A stretch of 64,000 bases of DNA from Geosiphon pyriformis uo1 (taxonomy: Eukaryota; Fungi; Glomeromycota): NCBI GenBank assembly GCA_016748015.1, contig JAAOMT010000372.1:620001-684000 (forward strand), read 5' to 3'. Positions 13,367 to 23,671 of the stretch are shown one piece after another. The notes beneath the pieces were generated by a model, which saw only the letters and a program-made list of their open reading frames with translations, was not told the origin of the DNA and did not search any database. The translations under genes and the position numbers were made by a program. Numbering within the stretch: the stretch's first letter is position 1; the number at the start of each line of letters is the position of its first letter.

Positions 13367-16300
13367 TGTTTTGATGATAATAATTGGTTCCAGATCTCAT
13401 AATATATCTTCTGGTCTGATTAATAAAATTTGTGTTCCTAGCTGAGGTACTGATGATAATAATTTCTGTTTTACATGATAAATTTTTAACTGATTTTTAT
13501 GTGCTACTTTTTTTAAAATCCTGTCTTCCAATCATAATTTGTAAGCTCTATTTCCTAAAGCTTCATGTATGTGAAATGGACCATCTTACTTTAGGTCAAA
13601 CTTTTCACTTCACTGTTTTTCTGCTTTTGTACAATGTAATAGTACTTGGTTTTCAATCTTAAATTCTATTGGTTGTTCAAGTAGGCAATTATTATGACTT
13701 TTTTTTTGTCATTCTTGAGCATTACTAATATTGTCAGCTGCTATTCTATGATTGTTTTCTAATGTTTCTATTAGCTGGTACATTTTTTGGCATAAAGTAT
13801 CTTCAAAATTTTCTTCATTAATAGTTTCTGTTGAGTAGAACACTATTTTTTGTTCAATAGGTAATGTTGCTTTTCTTTTATAGACTAATTTGAATGATGT
13901 AAACTGTGTCATATTTTGCCTTAATGTTTAATATGCAAAGAGTACAGAAGATATAAATAAGTTCCATTCTTGTTTGTTTTCATAACTTATTTTTGTTAAT
14001 GCTTTATATAATGTCCTATTAAACTATTCCACTAGTTTATATGTTTGTAGATAATATAGTGATAATAAAGATTATTTTATACCAAAATGTTGACTTAATT
14101 CAGTTAATGTAGTATTGACAAAATGTGTTCCTTGGTCTGATAACAGTTCTTTTGGGCATTTATGTCTGTATACTAGATCTTGGTGTATGAATTTGGCTAC
14201 TTTTTAGTGTCAGTTACTTGGATTGCTTTGGCTTCTGGCCATTTTGTAAGGTAGTCTATGACTACCATAATATAATAATTTCTTTTGAATGTAATTGAAA
14301 GAAAACCAACCAAATTGATCCCAATTCTATCAAATAGATTTCCAACTGGAATGGGTCAAAGTGGTTCCATTATTTTGGCTCCTCTTTTTTGCTAGCATGA
14401 GTTACAATTGAGAACATATTCAAAGATATCCTTATATATCATAAGCCAATAATATAAATTTGTTATTCTTTCCAGAGTCGTATCTTTGTTAAAGTGTCTT
14501 GCAGTTGGATCAGAATGCATACTATATAATATAGCTTCTTTTTCACTGTCCTTGATCAATCATTGTGGGGTGGTGTGGTTTTGTTATTCTCGACAATAGA
14601 GTTGGTCATTTTGAATAAAGTAATTTCACATTTGTTTCCATATGGTATTTTGTTCCTGTTAAGATAATATCTTCTTGAAACGTAGTGTCAATAGGTACTG
14701 ATGTAATCACTAATAAGTAAGTGTGTTCATGGGTCTGAGATTAGGTTTGTGGCATTCTTGATAAACTGTTGGCATTGGTGTTCTTGGATCCTTTCTTGTA
14801 ATGAAATTTGAGTGGGAATTGTTACAAATAAGTACTTTATTTTGCATATTTTCCTTCCAGCTGTAAATTATTGAGTGGCCAGATTAATCCTTTATAATCA
14901 GTATATAGGTCAAATGGTTGGCTCAGGTAATGTTTCCAGGTTTGTACTGCCCAATAAATGGCAAGACATTCCAAGTTTGTTGCACTATATATCTTTTCCA
15001 CTGGACTTATGCTATAGCTAGCATATGCAATTGAATGTTCTCTTTTGTCTGGTCTGATCTGAGATAAGATGGCTCCTAGTGCATTTTTTGAGGCATCTAT
15101 AGCAACAATAAAATGTTTGGTGAAATCTAGATAGATCAATACTGGAGAAGTAATTAACTGCTGTTTGAGATAGTCAAATGCTTTCTGTTGTTCCTCTTTC
15201 CATTGGTATGGTATGTGCTTAAATAGCAAATAATGAAGTAATTTTGTGATGGTTGAGAAACCTTTGACAAACCATTGGTAATATCCTGCTAATTCTAAAA
15301 ATCCACGTAGTTCTCAAAGATTAATAAGAGCTGGGAAATCTTTGACTTTCTGAATCTTGTTTGAATCGAATTTGACTCCATTTTTGCCAATTACGTGTCC
15401 TAAGAATTTCAGTTCAGTTTTTCCAAAGAAGTATTTGTCAGAATTAAGTTTTAGTCCAGCATTTTGAAGACATTCAAAAACTTGTTGAAGGTGTAGCAAA
15501 TGTTTGTTAAATGTTTTTGAGAATATGTTTGTGTTGTTTAAGTAAACTATAACTGATTTCCAAAGGATTCTCTTATATATGACATCCATAAAACGCTGGA
15601 AGATGGCAGGAGCATTACAGAGTTCAAAGAGCATTACATTGAATTCAAAATTTCTGTCTTAAATAGTAAATGCTATTTTTTTTTTGTCTTTTAGGTCTAT
15701 TTCGACTTGCCAATATCTACTGGCTAGATCTAGTAATAAGAACCATTTCTTTTTTCCTAAGTTGTCCAGAATTTCTTGAATAAGAGGAGTGGGATAACTA
15801 TTTCCTCAGATAATGCTATTTAATTTTCGGTAATCCACGCAGAATCATATCTTTCCATTTTTCTTGGTAACTAAGACTACTGGAGAGGACCAAAGACTTA
15901 ATGATTCTTTAATCAGTTTATTGTCAAGCATTTGTTATATTTCTTGCTTAATCAGATTATTGCCAGATGGGAGTACTCGGTAAACTTGCTGCTTAATAGA
16001 TTGAGCATCTCTGTTGTCAATCTGATGTTTTATGATGTCGGTGTGTTTGAACTCATTTTTATTGGCAAAGACATTGGTTTATTGGTTCAATAGAATCTTA
16101 AGTTGTATTTGTTGTAAAGTGCTTAAGTTTTTTAAATTAAGTTTATTGATTTCTTTTGGTGTAAACAAGTAACTTTTCTTTGGCAGGTTCCATATGTGTA
16201 AGATAATATCACAGAACAAAAACAATTGAGCAAAATCTAGAATAGGCTGGGGTTTTTCTGGATTCTGAATATCTAAAAATATAAAACCAATAAGGATTTC

Positions 16301-19300
16301 CTCAAGAATTTTGATAATGTCTTTGGTTGGATTGTGGATGGGAATTTTGAAGTGTTTATGAGCTTTGGCTGGTAAGTACAAGTTAGTAATATTGGCTAAT
16401 GAGCAGATCTCAGGATCGGCCTTGAAAACTAGTGCTTGGTTCTGAATTCTTCAGTCAACTTTGAGAATGTACTGCCAATAAGAAGGGATGAAAATGATGG
16501 TGTCAGTGTAGATAAGTTCTACTTGGTCACTATCCTCCTCCATAAAATTGACCATTATGTTCTTTCTTCCACTTGAGCCAAACCTATTGATTCCTTGGAC
16601 AGTAAGGCTTAATTTTTTTCAGATGATAACTGGGGCTAGTTGGAGTATTTTGACTAAAAGTAGGAAGATGACTTGGGTGATCTTTTCATGGAATTCAATT
16701 TTGTAGGGCTTGTCTGAATTGTTTTGTAGCATTACGATGATGTTTCTCATATATCCAGCATTGATAATTCCTTCTTTTACGTCAATTTCTTTCTTTGCAA
16801 AGCTCAATCTAGACATTACTTGTACTATGGTGCTAATAGAAATTTCTAATACTATTTTGAGATCTATTTTTACCAGGAAATGTGGGGCTATAACTATGAG
16901 TAACTGTTCAGGATATCTTAAGTCAAAATCTGCATCAGTTTCATGTACTTTTCTGGAAATATTTCTTTATTGTTGTCACTATACCACTTTAATTCTAATT
17001 TTTTGGAAAGGTCAAGATATGTAAGATATTGTTCTATTTTGGTAGTCTGATTTGGCTCTTGAAATAACATATTCTTGACAAGTAATTCCTCTTTTTTCTT
17101 GGATTCAGGTAATTTGGTGATTGGATATAAGATTCTGGAAAGCAGATTGAATATGAGATCACACTTGTCACAGTATTGAAAGTAGCAAGAAATTAAGCAG
17201 TGATCACATAGTTTGGTATTTAGATTAGCTAGCCACTGTTCTTGCTCTTCTCAGATCAAGACCAATTCTTAATATCAATTCTAAAATGCATTAGGGTCAT
17301 TTGTAACAAAATCATCTACAAAGTAATTGGGTCTATTATATTCAGACATTTAAAAATTGTCCTTAATTTCTCATATTTCTTCAGACATGGTGTCTTTGGC
17401 TTTAGCACTTGCTATTCTCCAAATTTCGTGATCATTATATAGATAACTATCTAGCTTATTAAGTGCTTATTTCCAAGCATCTTCAATGGGAGTTTCCTTT
17501 TGTACCCAATTGTTGATTAATATGATGTATTAACAAATTTCATCATATGTTTCTTCTCTGTCAGGCACATTATTCTAGAGTTTTTTATTGAGCAGGATTT
17601 CACCACATGTAAGGCACAATGTGTTATCTTACTTGTCTTGTTATTTCAGTCATCCAAATCTTTCCAGTAAATAAGGTCTGTAGTAGTATTTGGTGGCAGT
17701 AGGTCATTTTTCATTGTTTCTGATACATGTGCCCATAATGGATAGCTTCTTTCCACAATTGACACATATTAGTCTTAAAGATTGGTAAAATAGGTTTTTT
17801 TGGTCTGAGGTTATGTATCCTAATGATGACAATTGAGGTTTTTCTTCAGCTCTGCCTTTTCTTTTTTTTTCTCAGGTTGGTGGTGAAGGTAGTTTAGTTT
17901 GATAATCATTTGCTCATGAAACCTGATAGGTCTTGATAGTTGGTGGTAGTGGTGTGTCTTTGAATTCAATAAGAGATTCCTTAGTATATTGGGTTTTAAA
18001 GTGTCCACATATAGCTGGAACTTAGGCATGCTGTCCATTGAACATGAGTTAAAGTTCTTGGGTGTTCTAGTTGAAAGTAGCATTGGCTTTTGACAACCAA
18101 TTATTTCCTACTAGAGCTTGATATTGAGTAGCTTCTATGATGAGTACTTTAGTAGAGATCTGAATTCCATTAATCTCGAAAAGGAAGTTGTCAATTTTTC
18201 CTATTGGGGTTTTTGTGTTTCTATCCACTGTAATAATCTAGGCAGTAGTGGCATGATTTACTCAGTGATCTAATTGGTCTATGAGCTGCTTTGTGATTAT
18301 GCTACTGGCTGATCCACTATCCAGAATTAATTTAATGTCTATTCCTCTGACTTTGGCATTGATGTATAAGGCCATTATTGGTTTATCCTGATTGATGGCT
18401 GCTCCACTAAAAAAACTATGGGTGTTTAAATTATTGATGTTAAAAAAAAATATGGCAGCTAAGGTGGTGTTCTCAGTAATAGTGGCTGGTAAGATATTGC
18501 TTTTTGTTTGCTTGGAAGATTGGGAGATTTGTTCTACATTTCTTCTTTCCATAGATGTAGATTTATCAAAATCCTGGTTTTCCATGAGACTGAAATAGGA
18601 AGCTTGATTTGGGTATTCAGTTGGTGCTAGTCAAAATTGGACAAGACCACAAGGGATTGGTCGAGATGGTCTGCTGTTGGTTTGTACCTGATTGTTGTTG
18701 GGATTCCTTCATTCCTAATTATAGTTTATGGCTCAAGATCTGGGTTGGTTGAAAGAGGAAGTTTGATAGTGAGAGATTGCTTGTGTCATTGGTGATAGTT
18801 AATAATAATTCCAGGACAGTAGTTGAGTGTATGGAACTAGTTGTATGTACTAGGGTGGTTGATTTTGAGGTATGAAATATTGAGATACCATGTTTTGCTG
18901 ATATCTTGGTTGCTGGTATTGGTTTTCTTGAGTTTGGTCTATTATCTTTTTTCTGCAGTCACAGACAATGTGTTCAGATTTCTGGCAGTAGTATCAGTTG
19001 TGGGGATTGGATCTCCAAGGTTGTTGTTGTTGCTGACAGTTTTGTTGCTATAAGTATCTACTGTTGTTGTTATTTTTTTTTTGTTGTGGTGGTTGGTAAG
19101 TTCCTGTGGTTCTGGCTAAGAATCCCTCAATTTTCTGAGTTAATTTCTCACTTAATTGGGTTATCTTTGTGTTGATGTTAGAGATTCCATTGATGGCTAA
19201 ATTTACAGCTTGAGTATAATTTGCTTCTTGTTCTGTAAATTCAAAATTGCGAGCAAAAGCAACTGCTTCTTGTAGGTTTGTTAGATGGCAAGATCATACA

Positions 19301-20560
19301 GATTTTAGGAGACTGCTCTTTAGTCTTTTAATGAATTGATTGAGGACTTGTATGGTGGTATAATAATTCTGCTTGATGGCTAGGATTTGTTGAAGGACTT
19401 AATTAAATCTTCTAAGATAAGTAGTTACTGCTTTATGGTCATTTTGTTTTATTATATTGAATTAATTTTGCAATTAGATAAGTGTATTAGGGTCACAGAA
19501 GTATTGCAGAAATGTGAGTTTAAACTCTGTAAAGGAGGTAGGTTTCTTTGCAAGGCTCTGATACCATAAAATGGCAGTTCTGGTCAGAAAAAATGGCAGT
19601 GCCTGAATTGTGTAGTCATTGTCCCAACTATTAGCAATAATTGCTTTCTCGGCATCCACAATCTAAAAATATGTATTATCTTTTTTACCAAAGAATTTCT
19701 CCAATTTAGTAATATTCTGGTAAGCTATGATTCAGTTAATGAGTAGAGTGTTACTAGTTATATTTAAGGGAATTGGTGTCTACATATTCGAGTGTTCTCC
19801 AAGTGCTAATGCTAGTTGTTTTTCTTTGTCGCTTGAACCAATAGGTTGTAAGATAGCTGTTTTTTCTGTCAGGGAAAATGCTAATTCTGCTGGGTTTTGT
19901 GCTGGTGGTTATTCTCAAGTTTACATGTTTTTTTCTGTTTGACTGGCTGTTGGGGTAAGATTTCCAAACAGCAATTTGTATTCTCTTAGTGATTTGGTCT
20001 AACTTTGTTAATCTCATGAGTGTGGATTTCTAGAAGTTTATGGTGTTTTCAACTGGATTTTTAGAAGTGGATTGAATACAATTCTACTTTAGGATGTCTG
20101 ATAATATGATGGAGTTGTTGAGAAGAGGAACATTGGTTTCTTGTTGACTGTGAACTTGTCTTGGACAGTTGTGAGATTATTGGGTTTGTATTTATATTCC
20201 TTCAGTTTGAATTCTACTGGTTGTTGTACTTGAGAGAATCATTTTGTCATGTAGTGTTTAATGTCTGTATTAACTATACATAGAGTTTCAGCAATTGCTT
20301 GAGTAGTGGTAGTTGTTAAGTACTCTAGTAAGCTTTAATGGATTTGTTCTCCAAGTCTTTTTGTATTAGTTGTGTAGTCTAACAAACAGTTGATTTTTGC
20401 ATTAATATAGTTGCAAAAATCACTCTCTGTTATGGTAGTTTCTGCTGGTATTTCTAGATCTTTTTGAAAGTATTGAAATAGTGTTCTTTCATATGAGGAG
20501 TGGTCTTTTCCTATTGTTTCAATAGTCACCACTTTTGTGTATCTCTGTGGTGCTCTGTCT
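13367..20560 (-). pseudogene. Gypsy 2 gag-pol: gag (core ~19200-19730), protease (~18030-18400), Cys-rich region (~17100-17800), dUTPase (~16565-16960), RT (~15250-16000), RNase H (~14760-15230), integrase (~13367-14700)
   Basis: Gag: QALPFFLTRTAILWYQSL. Protease: LILDSGSASS. RT: ELCNAPAIFQRFMD...VIVYLNNTNIFS. RNase H: IVAIDASKNALGAILSQ...LECLAIYWAV...LYTDY. Integrase: FKLVYKRKATLP. No chromodomain seen. Confidence 0.92.
16565..16960 (-). pseudogene. dUTPase domain within Gypsy 2 pol
   Basis: All five trimeric dUTPase motifs in degenerate form: TDADFDL, MSRLS, EGIINAGYMRNI, EKITQ, QGINRFGSSG. Confidence 0.88.
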
Positions 20561-20573
20561 CTGTGGATTTATA

Positions 20574-20591
20574 ACCTCACAGGGAGCACCA
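20574..20591 (-). promoter_or_regulatory. Primer binding site, complementary to a tRNA 3' end (likely elongator tRNA-Met)
   Basis: The - strand reads TGGTGCTCCCTGTGAGGT, 2 nt after the LTR end. Its complement ACCTCACAGGGAGCA-CCA fits a T-stem/acceptor arm like that of eukaryotic elongator Met tRNAs. Degenerate copy at 22745-22762. Confidence 0.75.
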
Positions 20592-20593
20592 AA

Positions 20594-21022
20594 TGTTATA
20601 GGTAAATTAGATAGGTTATGGTAATAACATTTGGTGCTCTATTTTTGGGTTATCTTTCAAAATTGTCTGCTTTTTCTGCCATGTTAGTGTTATTAGTCTT
20701 TAAAGGTCAATTTCTGGATGTAATTTTTATCCATTGAGTTCTTTGGTTATAAGGCACAGAGTTTGTTTTTTGTTGATTGCAATGTTTTCTGTAAATATGA
20801 GCTTTCTTCTCCACACTAATAAGTGTAGTCATTAGGGTCTGGCATTGTTTTTTCACTCTTCTGATAAGCTATTAAGATAACGTTAATATTCAAAACTTAG
20901 AGGGAGCTTTTTTCTTTTACCAGGCTATCATGAAGTCTATTTCAAGACAGTCAATTTTTTTATGTTGCCACTCCAAAAAAAAAAAAAAAAAAAAAAAAAA
21001 AANNNNNNNNNNNNNNNNNNNN

Positions 21023-21054
<32 letters not shown>

Positions 21055-21657
21055 ATTAGTTCTCATTAATCACCATGATCAAAAGCAATTGGTCCAAATT
21101 GTTAAGAGTTTAAAGCATTTATGCTAATGACATCTGTCCCAGAACAAAAATGGGAAATACTGATTTTAATTTCAATTAAAATCTGTAAGATTGGAGAACA
21201 TGAATTGGTAAATTGGATTTTGTTTTTTGATAATTATTGTATTTTAGACTAGAGATATATGATAAATAGAATACAAAGTAAAATTAATTACTAACTAACT
21301 GTCTGTCTTTTCAACTTCTACAACTACTTGCTTTTATACATTTTTTTGGTTTTACAGGATTGCTTTCAATTGCTTCATTATTACTAGCTATTGTTTTGTT
21401 ATTGTTAGCTATTGCTCATTATTATTAGCTATTGCTCATTATTGCTATTTATTGCTCGTTTATTGCTAGCTATTGCTTGTTATTGCTATCTATTGCTCAT
21501 TATTGTTAGCTATTGCTCATTATTGCTATCTATTGCTCATTATTCCTAACTATTGCTCATGTTTGTCCTATGTTATCTTGAGTTGTACTGCATTTTTCTT
21601 GTCATGTTTTTTTGTCATATTTTCCCATAGTTTTTTGGTTTTTCTATTCAGGTAACA
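20594..21657 (-). repeat. 5' LTR of Gypsy 2 (family B); contains assembly gap N 21003-21022 in its A-tract
   Basis: TGTTATAG...GTAACA, adjacent to the PBS. Confidence 0.93.
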
Positions 21658-22764
21658 ATGGCTACAAGTAATTTATCTTTAGTAATAATTGCTAGTAGAA
21701 TGTTGCTAGTAAGTAGTTGTTAATTAGTTTCCAAATTGTTGAATACATTGTCTTCTAAAATAATCAAGAAACTTAAATAGTTCTGAGAATTTGGATTTTG
21801 GGTGTGCTTACTTTCCAAATTTCTGAAATATGATCCTGATAGTTGGTTTGGTAAACTGAGAATCAGTTGGTATATAACCATTACTAATCTCCAATTTTGT
21901 TAAGTATAAGTAATTTTTGATCTTTGGTTTCCAATTGGTACCATATTTTGGAGCAGTGCTAAAATTTGTTGGAGTTGATAGATTACTTGTGGCTGTGAGA
22001 CTTGATAAATTACTGGTGTTGGAGTTTAATAGATTGAAAATAAATATATTGATTGTTGTATTATTGTTGTATAAGATAATAGATATTGTTCTAATAATAA
22101 GATGTTGATGTAGTTTAAAGTTTAAAATCTGCAATCAGAGTTTTGATATTGACTTTTCAATTATTGGTTATTTTTTTTTAAGTAACAATCTACTTTTAAA
22201 TAATTTTGCCTATCACAGTAATAACAATTACATGTTTTTTGTTGTTACAGTTAATATTATTTAGATAGTACTTTCTGGTATATAATAGTATAATGAGTAA
22301 ATGAGTGAAATTATTTTTGGTTTCTTTTATATAAGTAGTTATATTCTTTTTGGTATTCTTTTTGATATTTGTAATTTTTTTTTATTGTTTATAAAGATAA
22401 TAAAAAATTTTTGTCAGGTGTTATTTCCAATTTTTTTGTTTATTTTTATGATTATTAGTGTAAACAGATGGTTTTGTAAAAATGTAGTGTTTTGGAATAA
22501 TTTACTGTAGAAATTGTTGAGAATAGCTCTTGAATTTCCTTGGTTTTCTAAATAAGATTTAATTTTTTTATTGATGTAAAAATTAAAAGCTGATTCTGCT
22601 GGCCAATTATTACTTATTAATCCAAAGTAACTTTAATAATGTTGAAATAAGAATTTGAAAATTTTAAATAATTTTCTTCTATAATTTCTTGGTTTGTCAC
22701 TTTTCCAAATAATTAATGTTGGTGCTGGTTTTTTGTTAAATTATACTTTACAGAGAGCACCAAA

Positions 22765-23671
22765 TGTTATAGGTTATTATTTGGGATGTTAGAACAAATA
22801 ACAAATTCATAACTTAGTGCTTAATAGCTTTTATGATTGGTATTTTCTAAAGGTTTTAGTAATCTGAAGATTTTGGGTTAAGTCTTTTGCATAATAAACA
22901 GAGATTTAATTAATGGTTTCTTCTGTAAATTTCATTTTTTTGCATGGTGACCAATTTATTCTGGCAGTCATGTCTTTCTAATAAGCTATTCTTAAATTTT
23001 TACTCTTATTCTCAGGCTTTTTACCAAGCTATCCTTAATGTTAAAATACTCAGTGCTTAATTTCTTTAATCAGTTAATAAAACAACAAAATAAAATAAAA
23101 AAAAATAAAAAAAAATAAAAAAAATAAAAAAAAATAAAAAAAATAAAAAGAAAATAAGAAATTAATATCCTATTAATAGCTATAATTAAGAACTATTGGT
23201 TTAATATAGTTAAGTGTTGGGTTTTATTAACATTGAGTATTAATAGAGTAAAAATAATTAATATTTCTTAATCAAGTAATAACAATATAGATTTAGGTGA
23301 TAATTGATATTTTATTAATATGTAATTTAATTCTACTTCAAGTTATAGAAAACTACTTTTTGAAAGGAAAGATATTTAATAATTAATGAGTTGTTGGTAT
23401 TGATTCTGAATTAAATTCTGTCTTTTTTGTTTTTATTACTTTTACTATATATACATAATTAATATTATATAAAAATTTTTGAATTTTTTGAATTTTTCTA
23501 GCCAGAAAACTTGGAATTCTTAAAATTTTATAATTTCTTAAGAGAAATCTTAAAATTTCTAGAATCTTATAATTCCTTAAAAAAATTCTGAAATTTTTCT
23601 TTTTACTATATTTGTTTCTAATTGGCTATTTTTTATTCTTATTAAAAATTCTTAAATTTCTATAAATAACA
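22765..23671 (-). repeat. 5' LTR of Gypsy 1 (family A)
   Basis: TGTTATAG...ATAACA, adjacent to the PBS and followed by TSD ATAT. Confidence 0.9.

Larger units (their letters stand above)
11510..21657 (-). mobile_element. Ty3/Gypsy LTR retrotransposon 2 (LTR family B), near full length, inserted into Gypsy 1
   Basis: LTRs 11510-12531 and 20594-21657 with TG...CA ends. TSD ATGG (11506-11509 / 21658-21661). PBS 20574-20591 and PPT 12532-12546. The host frame rejoins across the insertion (DKLLVA|IFF). Confidence 0.93.
4791..23671 (-). mobile_element. Ty3/Gypsy LTR retrotransposon 1 (LTR family A), degenerate, with nested Gypsy 2
   Basis: Direct-repeat LTRs at 4791-5620 and 22765-23671. 4-bp TSD ATAT (4787-4790 / 23672-23675). 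PBS 22745-22762 and PPT next to 5621. Minus-strand order PR-dUTPase-RT-RH-IN. Confidence 0.9.

Noticed and set aside
20930-21127. Poly-Lys ORF
   Set aside because: Translation of the LTR A-tract across the N gap.
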